Of a stretch of DNA of 64,000 nt, positions 18,892-27,700 are shown in pieces. Within the stretch, counting starts at the first letter, position 1. Every line of letters begins with the position of its first letter. The notes under the pieces were generated by a model, which saw nothing but the letters and a program-made list of their open reading frames with translations, had not been told where the DNA came from and searched no databases. Source of the DNA: Acidobacteriota bacterium (GTDB lineage: Bacteria > Acidobacteriota > Thermoanaerobaculia > Thermoanaerobaculales > Sulfomarinibacteraceae); NCBI GenBank assembly GCA_022340665.1, contig JAJDNM010000043.1, forward strand, positions 29,489 to 93,488, in the 5' to 3' direction. A program made the position numbers and the translations under genes.

Positions 18892-20108
18892 CCATACCCA
18901 CGATTCCCGGCTCATTGATCGATCGGAGTGTCGATCTTCTGCTCGAGCTGTGCGCCGTCTCCTCGGCGAGCAGCGATGTCGCCGGGCTCTTTCGGATGAC
19001 GGAGATTCTCGGCAGGGAGTTGGATCCACTCGGCGTTTTGCCCGAGGTTTACACCGAACCGGGTGTGAACAAGGGCAACGAGCTGCCGGTTTTGACGGCG
19101 AAGACGCCGGGAGAGGGAGGAGGACGCACCCTGTTCCTCGGCCATCTGGACACCGTACTCCCGGCCGTCCCGCCGAAGGTCGAAGACGAAAGGCTCATCG
19201 GCACGGGTGCCCTCGACATGAAGGGAGGGTTCGCGGCATTCATCGGAGCGCTCCGTTTGTTACGGGGGCGTGGCGAAATGCTTCCCGACGGGCTCCTGCT
19301 TGTTGCAGTGCCGGATGAGGAAATCGGAGGACCGGTGTCGATCCGCGCGGTCCGGCGCTGGGGAGACGGTGCGCGCACGGTGCTGGTGTTGGAGCCCGGA
19401 GGGTCGAGGGAAGACGGCGAAACGCTGGTGATCGGAAGGCGAGGGCTCACCGTGTGGCGGCTCGACGCGCGGGGGCGTGCGGCGCATTCGGGTGTGGCGT
19501 ACTGGGAGGGGCGGTCGGCCCTTGCGGCTGCGGCGACCTGGGCTGGTGACGTACAGCGACTGTCGGAGAATGGAGACGGCCCGCTGGTCAATGCCGGGCG
19601 AATTGTCGGCGGTGACTCCGAGTTCGTCAGCGATATGGGAGAGGAGCACCGGTTCATCGGCACGACCGAACGCCTCAACATCATCGCGGATCGGTGCCTG
19701 GTTGAGGGAGAGGTTCGCTACCTCGATCCCGGTGATCGCGATCGAGTGCTGGCTGTCATGCGTGACCGGGCCGAGAGGGTCGGCCGGGACTGGGATGTCG
19801 AGATGAGCTTCGAGGAGGTGGAGCACATCTCACCGATGGGCGCCTCAGACTCGGGACGGTTTCTCGCCGACCATCTCGTGTCGATCGCGACTCGAGACGG
19901 CTGGTGCCTCGATCTCGAATCCAACAGGGGAGGGGTTTCGTTCCCCAATTTCCTTCCAGATCCGGCGGCCACCACGATCATCGACGGCCTCGGTCCGGTC
20001 GGCGGCGGCATGCATACTCGGGAGGAGTACCTGGATCTCGAGTCACTCGCACGCCGCATTTCGCTGATTGCAGAGGCTCTGCTCTTCGCTCGCGATGGCA
20101 CAAGCTGA
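18888..20108 (+). CDS. M20 family metallopeptidase (carboxypeptidase G2 / dipeptidase-like)
   Basis: 406 aa. Motifs: LFLGHLDTV, ALDMKGG, VPDEEIGG. It has a 4-nt overlap with the cyanophycinase stop. Confidence 0.8.
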   Translation: MTIPTIPGSLIDRSVDLLLELCAVSSASSDVAGLFRMTEILGRELDPLGVLPEVYTEPGVNKGNELPVLTAKTPGEGGGRTLFLGHLDTVLPAVPPKVEDERLIGTGALDMKGGFAAFIGALRLLRGRGEMLPDGLLLVAVPDEEIGGPVSIRAVRRWGDGARTVLVLEPGGSREDGETLVIGRRGLTVWRLDARGRAAHSGVAYWEGRSALAAAATWAGDVQRLSENGDGPLVNAGRIVGGDSEFVSDMGEEHRFIGTTERLNIIADRCLVEGEVRYLDPGDRDRVLAVMRDRAERVGRDWDVEMSFEEVEHISPMGASDSGRFLADHLVSIATRDGWCLDLESNRGGVSFPNFLPDPAATTIIDGLGPVGGGMHTREEYLDLESLARRISLIAEALLFARDGTS

Positions 20109-20140
20109 CCCCTGAACCGGAACGGGGGGCCTGTTCCCAA

Positions 20141-20314
20141 CCCGCATTATTCATGAGGGTGCGTAGCGAAAGGTGTGTGGTGCCAGTGTGGTGGTGATCT
20201 CGAAAGATGAGCGAGCGAAGGCGCACTTGCGGTACGTCGGGCGAGCGAATCGAGACAGCGCCTCGGCGCGAAGCGCGTCACGCCTTGCAGCAGGAGAGTC
20301 ATGAATAATGCGGG
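20141..20314. repeat. 174-bp element bounded by perfect 16-bp inverted repeats (CCCGCATTATTCATGA / TCATGAATAATGCGGG) between convergent genes
   Basis: Left arm 20141-20156, right arm 20299-20314. The right arm abuts the TAG stop of the permease gene. The interior is not palindromic. The element is MITE-like or a long bidirectional terminator stem. Confidence 0.75.
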
Positions 20315-21490
20315 CTAAAGCTCTCGCAAGGCCTGGGCCACCGGCAGTCGAGCCGCCCTGATCGCAGGGAAAACTCCGCCGACAAAACCCATTATCAACG
20401 CGAAGATGATGCCGGCAACCAGCAGATCGGGTGTCACGCGAAAGGCAAACGCGAGATGGGAAAATGTCTGCCAGTTCATGGTGCCGGCGGTGAAGCCGTT
20501 GAGCGGCAGCACCGCGATGCATCCGAGTATTCCTCCGACGAACGAAATGAAGAGTGATTCGAACATGAATGACAGGATCACCGAACCACCCCCGAAGCCG
20601 AGGGCGCGCATGGTTGCGATCTCTCGCGCCCGGGCGGCGACCGCCGAGTACATGGTGTTGAGGGCGCCGAAAATGGCACCGATGGCCATCACGAAGGCAA
20701 CCAGGAAGCCGAGCACCCGGATCAGGTTGCTGACCATTTGCGACTGGCGCTCGTAGTACTCGACCTCCCGATCGACCTGGACGGTCAGTCGGGGATCACT
20801 GGTCAACGCGTCCTTGAAGGAATCAAAATCGGTCGGCGAGTTGAGCCGTACCGTGATCGAGCTAAAAACATTGGTGGCGCGGTCGAACGTCTGTGCGAGA
20901 ATCGTGTGGTCGCACCAGATTTCGGAATCGAAGGCGGAACCGCCGGCGTCGAAGATGCCGACGACCTTCCAGTCCTGGCCGCCGAAGCTCACTGTCGACC
21001 CGAGCTCCAACCCGCGGTAAGTCTGTACGGCATTGGAACCGACGACCAGCTCGGCGAGACCGGGGGTGAAGAACCGCCCTTCGGCAATCTTTACGGTGGG
21101 CCGCACGTCGAGCACGAGCGGAGTCATACCCCTGATCTGGGTGTTGGCGTCGGTTCCGCTCGTGATCAACTGAAATGCTCCAATCACAACCACCTCCGGG
21201 CTCGACAGAGGGATCCCGTCTGCGGTTCGAGCCACCTGCGGTGAGTCGGCGATCACGCGAGCCTGATCGAGACCGATGCCGCTGTCCATTTCTGAGGTCG
21301 CTCCGGCCCGACGAACGATCGAGTTGGAGGCTGATCCTGACGCGATCAGGGTGGCCTGGAAGCCGCGAGCCATGGCGAGCATGGCGACAAACACACCGAC
21401 GGTTCCGGCGATGCCGAGAATCGAGACGATCGCGGTCTTCCAACGGGCTGCCACCGAACGAACGTTGTAGGAGATTGGAATCGCCATCAC
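20315..21490 (-). CDS. ABC transporter permease, FtsX/MacB-like
   Basis: 391 aa with the MacB_PCD-type periplasmic domain and C-terminal FtsX helices. It overlaps the upstream permease by 4 nt. Confidence 0.85.
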   Translation of the reverse strand: MMAIPISYNVRSVAARWKTAIVSILGIAGTVGVFVAMLAMARGFQATLIASGSASNSIVRRAGATSEMDSGIGLDQARVIADSPQVARTADGIPLSSPEVVVIGAFQLITSGTDANTQIRGMTPLVLDVRPTVKIAEGRFFTPGLAELVVGSNAVQTYRGLELGSTVSFGGQDWKVVGIFDAGGSAFDSEIWCDHTILAQTFDRATNVFSSITVRLNSPTDFDSFKDALTSDPRLTVQVDREVEYYERQSQMVSNLIRVLGFLVAFVMAIGAIFGALNTMYSAVAARAREIATMRALGFGGGSVILSFMFESLFISFVGGILGCIAVLPLNGFTAGTMNWQTFSHLAFAFRVTPDLLVAGIIFALIMGFVGGVFPAIRAARLPVAQALREL

Positions 21491-22626
21491 ACCCTCCGCA
21501 ACGCATCGACAATGCGGAGATTCATCGCCGTCAGAGCGGGGATAGAGCCCGCTGCGAGTCCGACCAAGAGCGCGATGCCGATGCCGAAGAGCATCTCGCC
21601 TGTGGAGAGGTAGAAGACCGGCAGCATGCCGCCGGTCGGGTCGCCGCCCATCGTGAAGAGCTTTGCCATACCGATGCCGAGGAGACCACCAACTGCGGCG
21701 ATCAGCAACGACTCGGCGAGTACCAGGAACAGGACGGTCTTGTCACCGAAACCGAGGGTCTTGAGCACCCCGATTTCCGGCACCCGCTCTCGGACAGCCA
21801 TCGCCATGGTGTTGCCCGTGACGAGCAGCAAAGTGAACAATACAACTGCGCCGATCGACATGATGAGCATTCTGATGTTGCCGATCTGTTTTGCGAAGCC
21901 GGCCGCAAATGCCTGTTCCGTCTCGGTCGAGGTCTCGTAGGCGGAATTCGAAAATTCCCGATCGATCGCCTGGCTCACAGCCACCGAATTGTCCGGGTCG
22001 CTGACCTTGACGGTGTACCAGCCGACGGTCCCTTTGCCCCAGGGTCGGCTTTCCTCGAGGAATTTCCAGTGAAACCAGAACTGCGACTCGTCGTCGCCAG
22101 CGCGGGAACCTTCATAGATCGCTCGGATGTTGAACTCCCAGTTTCCGGTCCAAATCGTACCCTGAAGCGGGATTCGATCTCCGACCTTCCAACCAAAACG
22201 CTCGGCGGTGACCTTTCCGACGACCGCCCCCTCGCGGTCGGCCAGGAATGCCTGCCACTGATCATCCGAAATCTGGAATTCAGGGAACAACGTACGGTAG
22301 GTTCCGGTGTCGATCGCGAACTGTGGAAAGAAGTTTTTTGGATCCTGGTAGATGGCGCCGAACCAGGTGGCGAACGTCGCCTCGGTTACGTTGTCAATCT
22401 GCCGCAGGCGCTCCTGGTAGGAAAGCGGAAGCGGCATGATGAGCGAGGTCTTGTTGCGGACGATGAGCCGATCGACCCCCGCAACGTCGACGCCCGCATT
22501 CAGGGCGGTTTCAATGGTCACCAGCAACCCGAAGAGAAAGAGAGCGACTGCAATCGATCCGATCGTCAGGATGGTCCTCGTCTTTCTCCGGAAGAGGTTT
22601 CGAAAGATGAAGGGGAGATACTTCAT
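21487..22626 (-). CDS. ABC transporter permease, FtsX/MacB-like
   Basis: Starts at [21 protein letters not shown] (ATG 22626), overlapping the ATPase stop in an ATGA arrangement. The longer 528-aa ORF in the track overlaps the ATPase gene and is an Arg/Pro-rich shadow extension. Confidence 0.85.
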   Translation of the reverse strand: MKYLPFIFRNLFRRKTRTILTIGSIAVALFLFGLLVTIETALNAGVDVAGVDRLIVRNKTSLIMPLPLSYQERLRQIDNVTEATFATWFGAIYQDPKNFFPQFAIDTGTYRTLFPEFQISDDQWQAFLADREGAVVGKVTAERFGWKVGDRIPLQGTIWTGNWEFNIRAIYEGSRAGDDESQFWFHWKFLEESRPWGKGTVGWYTVKVSDPDNSVAVSQAIDREFSNSAYETSTETEQAFAAGFAKQIGNIRMLIMSIGAVVLFTLLLVTGNTMAMAVRERVPEIGVLKTLGFGDKTVLFLVLAESLLIAAVGGLLGIGMAKLFTMGGDPTGGMLPVFYLSTGEMLFGIGIALLVGLAAGSIPALTAMNLRIVDALRRV

Positions 22627-23345
22627 GACGCTGCCAGTTCGACGGCTTCGACCAATGCCCCCTTCTCGAGGTGAAGGGTGACGTCGGCTCGCTCGGCCGC
22701 CAGCGGATCGTGAGTCACCATGAGGATCGTCTTCCCGTGCTCCGATCGGAGCTCGGTCAGTAGATCGAGGATTTCTTCGGCGGATTTGCGGTCGAGGTCC
22801 CCGGTCGGCTCGTCGCAAAGGAGGAAGCTCGGGTCGGTGACAATCGCGCGGGCGATCGCGACCCGTTGCTCCTGGCCGCCCGAGAGCTGTCGGGGGTAGT
22901 GTTTCATGCGATCCGAGAGACCGACCAGGCCGAGGGCGATCTCGACGTGCTGCCCCCTTTTTGCCTTGGAGAGCTTGGTCAGCAAGAGTGGCAGCTCGAC
23001 GTTTTGAAAGGCTGTGAGAACAGGGATCAGGTTGTACATCTGGAAGATGAAGCCAACGTGCCGCGCGCGCCACGACGCCAGGTGACGGCCGGACATGTTG
23101 GTGATCTCGTCACCATCGACGGTCACCGTGCCCGAGGTCGGAGTGTCAAGACCGCCCAGCAGATTCAGGAGTGTGGTCTTGCCGGAGCCCGAAGGCCCCA
23201 TAAAGGCAACGAACTCGCCCTTTTCAACATCGAGATTCAGGCCCTGCAGGACCTCTATCGTCTCTCCGCCCCGTTCGTAGATCTTGTTGAGGTTGCGCAC
23301 CCGAATCAGGCTGTCGCTGTGCTCTCGGCCGTCAATGCTGACCAT
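22623..23345 (-). CDS. ABC transporter ATP-binding protein (MacB/LolD type)
   Basis: Walker [10 protein letters not shown], signature LSGGQEQR, Walker [12 protein letters not shown]. Confidence 0.92.
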   Translation of the reverse strand: MVSIDGREHSDSLIRVRNLNKIYERGGETIEVLQGLNLDVEKGEFVAFMGPSGSGKTTLLNLLGGLDTPTSGTVTVDGDEITNMSGRHLASWRARHVGFIFQMYNLIPVLTAFQNVELPLLLTKLSKAKRGQHVEIALGLVGLSDRMKHYPRQLSGGQEQRVAIARAIVTDPSFLLCDEPTGDLDRKSAEEILDLLTELRSEHGKTILMVTHDPLAAERADVTLHLEKGALVEAVELAAS

Positions 23346-23356
23346 TCAATCTACCC

Positions 23357-24583
23357 TCAATTCTCGACTTTGACTTTCTGTCCGTCGCGGAGACTTTCAG
23401 CCGCGCTGACCACAACCCGGTCACCCGGCATGACTCCTGCCGTGATCTCGACGTCGCCGCCGACATCGCGGCCAACGCTGACCGCTCGCCGATCGAGGTT
23501 TTCGTCTTCGACGACGAAAACGACCTTTTGACCGCCGTCTTCGACAATCGCTGGTCGCGGAATCAAGGACTGGGCAGCCGGCCCAGCATTGTCGATCGCA
23601 TCTGCGTCCTCTCGGAACGCCACCTTGACGCCCATGTCGGGCAGGATCCTCGGATCGAGCTCATCGAAAGTGAGCCGCACCTTGACCGTCGCCTTCTGGC
23701 GATCCGCGGTCGGGATGACGGTGCGTACCGTGGCCGGGATGTGCCAGTCCGGGTAAGCGTCGAGGACGGCATCGGCGGGCTGGCCCGGCCGCACCTTGGC
23801 GATGTGGCTCTCGTTGACGTCGACCTCGATCTCGAGCGACGTCATGTCGACAATGGTCGAAATGCCGGTGCGGGTGAATCCGCCGCCGGCTGACACCGGC
23901 GACACCATTTCGCCGGGCTGTGCGTCCTTCGACACCGCGATTCCGGCGAACGGCGCACGGACCGTGTAGTTCTCGAGGTCCTGGGCGGAAACCGCAAGCT
24001 GTGCCTCGGCAGCCCCGAGAGACGTGCGGGCGACCGTGAGCTTGGCGCGCAGGGCATCGACCGCAGCGGTGGCGGAGTCGACGTCCTGAATGCTGGCGAT
24101 GCCGTCGTCCCGCAGCTCGGACGTCCGGCGCAGGGTGCGTTCGGCGTCGGCAAGATTGACCTCGAGCTCCTCGATGGCCGCCTGCGAAACATCTCGCTCC
24201 GCGCGAATCGCATCGTAGCGGCGACGGGCGTCGGAGTCGTCGAGCCGTGCCAAGACCTGTCCCTCCTCAACCGCCATGCCCTCGTCGACGAGCACCTCGG
24301 CGACCTTGCCGGTGATCTTGGCCGACACCGTTGCTTTCCGCCGTGGTTCGACGTAGCCGGAAGCGTTGAGCACGGTGGATTCCCCAGCGGTTGGTGCGGG
24401 GCGGGCGGTCGCGACCTCAACGGTTGTGTTCGACGTGGCTCCGAAGATGAGGATGACGACGACGGCGATGGTCACCAGGATGGCGGCGGCCACCAACAGC
24501 AGGCGACGCCCACCATTGTCGGTCGATCGAGCCTCGTGATCGATCTTCAAGTCCGAGAGATTGGGTTTGGCGTTGTCGTTCAT
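23357..24583 (-). CDS. efflux periplasmic adaptor subunit (HlyD/MacA family)
   Basis: Starts at MNDNAKPNLSDLKIDHE (ATG 24583), followed by a TM helix, coiled-coil and beta-barrel adaptor features. The upstream extension in the ORF track runs through a repeat hairpin. Confidence 0.82.
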   Translation of the reverse strand: MNDNAKPNLSDLKIDHEARSTDNGGRRLLLVAAAILVTIAVVVILIFGATSNTTVEVATARPAPTAGESTVLNASGYVEPRRKATVSAKITGKVAEVLVDEGMAVEEGQVLARLDDSDARRRYDAIRAERDVSQAAIEELEVNLADAERTLRRTSELRDDGIASIQDVDSATAAVDALRAKLTVARTSLGAAEAQLAVSAQDLENYTVRAPFAGIAVSKDAQPGEMVSPVSAGGGFTRTGISTIVDMTSLEIEVDVNESHIAKVRPGQPADAVLDAYPDWHIPATVRTVIPTADRQKATVKVRLTFDELDPRILPDMGVKVAFREDADAIDNAGPAAQSLIPRPAIVEDGGQKVVFVVEDENLDRRAVSVGRDVGGDVEITAGVMPGDRVVVSAAESLRDGQKVKVEN

Positions 24584-24678
24584 CGTGTTTCCCAGGTGTG
24601 GAACACCGCGCAACGAGCGGATCTTCCATGAGATGTGTTGGTCGGTGGTGAAGGATACCACCCTCGATCCGAGATTCT

Positions 24679-24754
24679 CGATACTGGATACTCGATACTC
24701 GTCTTCTGATCCCACGGGTAGGTGAACGGATCGAGCGTCGAGCATCCAGCATCG
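24679..24754. repeat. ATCCAGC-type hairpin between the dnaE2 stop and the macA-like start
   Basis: Arms cgatactggatactcg (24679-24694) and cgagcatccagcatcg (24739-24754). This gives a 16-bp helix with two A-C mismatches on the plus strand, which are two G-U wobbles on the minus (transcribed) strand. Confidence 0.75.
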
Positions 24755-24768
24755 GGTGGGTGGAGGGA

Positions 24769-27700
24769 TCAGTGGAAGTCATGACTCGTCACCGCCACAT
24801 CCGCGTGGACTGCTTCAAAACGCCGTGCGCGCACCGAAATCGTTCCGTCCTGCTTCTGCAGGGTCCCCTCGACCAGTAACACCGGGGTCGAGACGATGAA
24901 GGCGCGCTGTTCCCGAAAAAGATCCGGACGGATGATGGTCTGCATCATGCCGGTCTCGTCCTCCATGGTCAGGAAGACGAAGCCCTTGGCGGTGCCCGGC
25001 CGCTGGCGCACGATCACCGCACCTGCCACCCGCACCGATTCGCCGTCCCCGTGTTTTTCGAGCTCCGCGACCGGCACCACCCCGCGGCGGTCGAGCTCTT
25101 GCCGTACGTAGGCCATCAGATGCGGACCGGTGGTGAGGTGGAGCCCGGCGTAGTCGGCAACGGTCTCGTCGAGCGGCATCATCTCTTCGAGGGGTGAGGT
25201 GGGCTCGGGCGGTAGATCGGCAAAGAGCGGGCCGCGGCGTCCTGCCACCTCGGAGACCTGCCACAGGGCCACCCTCCGGCTCAGCCCGAGCGAGGCGAGG
25301 GCGCCGACGTGGGCCAGACGCTCGAGCTGCTCGGACGACAGGTCGCAGCGCTGGGCGAGGTCGGCCGTGTCGGCGAACGGCGCCCGGTCCCTCTCCTGCT
25401 CGATGGTGTCGGCGGCGGCCCGCTTCAGACCGTGCACGTAGCGCAGGCCGATGCGCACCGCCTCGTCCTCCCAACGGCAGCGCCAGCCGGAACGGTTGAC
25501 GTCGACCGAGAGGAAGCGTACCCCGCGGCGCTGGCCGTCCTTGACCAGGGTGGCGGGGTGATAGAAGCCCATCGGCCAGGCGTTGAGGAGGCAGGCGTAG
25601 AAGGCGGTCGGATGGTGGGTCTTGAGATAGGCGGAGGCGTAGACCAGGAGGGCGAAGCTGGCGGAGTGGGACTCGGGGAAGCCGTAGAGCGCGAAGGAGG
25701 TGATCGAGCGCACGATCTGCTCCTGGACATCGCCGGTGATGCCGCGCTCGGTCATGCCGCTGCGCAGCCTTTTCTCGATGATTGCCATCCGCTCCTGCGA
25801 GCGCTTGAAGCCCATCGCCCGTCGCAGCTCCTCGGCCTCGCCGCCGGAGAAGCCGGCCGCCTCCATCGCCATGCGCAGGAGCTGCTCCTGGAAGAGCGGC
25901 ACGCCGAGGGTGCGCTCGAGGATCGGCTCCAGGCACGGGTGGGCGTAGGTCACCGCCTCGCGGCCCTGGCGGCGCTCGAGGTAGGGATTGGTCATGTTGC
26001 CGGTGATCGGTCCGGGACGGATGATCGCGACCTGCACCACCAGGTCGTAGAAGTTTTCGGGGTTGTTGCGTGGCAGCGACGCCATCTGCGCCCGGCTCTC
26101 GATCTGGAAGACGCCGGCGGTATCGGCGCGGCGGATGAGGTCGTAGGTCTTCGGGTCGCCCGGCGGGAGGTGGGCGAGGTCGATCTCGACCCTCTCGTGG
26201 GTTCGGATCATGGGGATCGCCTCCTCGAGGGCGGCCATCATGCCGAGGCCGAGGAGGTCGACCTTGATCAGGCCGAGGTCGGCGCAATCGTCCTTGTCCC
26301 ACTGGATCACCGTCCGCTTCTCCATCGCCGCCGGTTCCATCGGAACCACCTCGTCGAGCCGGCCCTGGGCGATGACCATGCCGCCGGAGTGCTGGCCGAG
26401 GTGGCGGGGGAGGTGGTGGATCTCCCACCACAGGCGCTTGAAGTGTTCGACCCGGTGCGAGGAAGGGTCGAGACCGACTGCGGCCAGCTCGCGGTCAAGG
26501 TCGCGCGCCCCCTCCTTGACCTCCATCGACATGTGGCGGCCGAAGCGCTTGGAGATGCGATCCACCTGCTCGAGCGAGAAACCGAGAGCCTTGCCGACCT
26601 CGCGTGCCGCCGAGCGGGCCCGGTAGGTAATTACGTTGGCGGTCATCGCGGCGCCGTGTGGGCCGTAGCGCTGGTAGACGTACTGGATGACCTTCTCACG
26701 CTGGTCGCCGGAGGGCAGATCGAGGTCGATGTCCGGCCACTCGCCGCGCTCCTCGGAGAGGAAGCGCTCGAAGAGGAGCTCCATCTTGACCGGATCGACG
26801 GCGGTGATCGAGAGCGCGTAACAGACCGCCGAATTGGCGGCCGAGCCGCGCCCCTGAGCCATGATGCCTTCACGTTGACAGAAGCGGACGATGTCCCAGA
26901 CGATGAGAAAGTAGCCCGCCAGTTCGAGTTTTTCGATCAGGTCGAGCTCCTTTTCGAGCTGCGCCTGAGCACGTGCGGTCAGCGGGCGGAACCGGGTGCG
27001 GGCGCCGTCCCAGGTTACCCGCCGAAGGTGGGCGATGGGGCTTTCGCCGACCGGCAGGGGGTAGTCGGGGAAGCGGTAGCCGAGGTGGTCGAGGGTGAAC
27101 TCGAGCTCGTCGGCCAGCGCCGTGGTCGCGGCCACCGCCCGCCGCTGATCGGCGAAGAGCATCTCCATTTCGCGTGGCGAGCGAAGGTGGTGTTCGCGAC
27201 CGCCCTCGAGCAGGCGGCCTGCGGTGTCGAGCGTGAGGCCCTCGCGGATGCAGCCGAGCACATCGGCGAGGTCTCGGTTTTCAGGCCGCGCGTAGCGCAC
27301 CCCTCCGGTCGCCACCAGCGGCAGCCGCAGGCTCTGCGCGAGACCGACGAGGGCCTGGTTGCGGTGCTCCTCGGAGCGCAGCCGGTGTCGCTGCAGTTCG
27401 ACATGCAGTCGGTTGGGGAAAATATGGTGGAGGTGCTGAAGCTCGCGTTTGGTGGCGTCGAGACCCCGGTGGACGAGGCGCTGCACGATGACTCCTTCGG
27501 CGCCGCCGGTGAGGCAGAGAAGACCGTCGGCGTGAGCCTCTATCTGTCGCCAGCCGGCACGCGCCTTGCCCTTGGGACGACCACGTGCCGCTTCGGTCAG
27601 CAGCCGGCAGAGGTTGCGATAGCCGCGCTGGTCGCATGCGAGCAGGGTCAGCCGGGGCAGCGGCGTTCCTGGAGGGGGAGGGTCGGGGACGAGGCCCAAA

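Noticed and set aside
20299-20317. Mini-ORFs ATG AAT AAT GCG GGC TAA (20301-) and ATG AAT AAT GCG GAC TAG (12656-) inside the 15-nt motif.
   Set aside because: These are five-codon ORFs without a Shine-Dalgarno sequence, on the strand opposite to the terminating gene. Most likely they are a by-product of the motif sequence and the overlapping stop codon.
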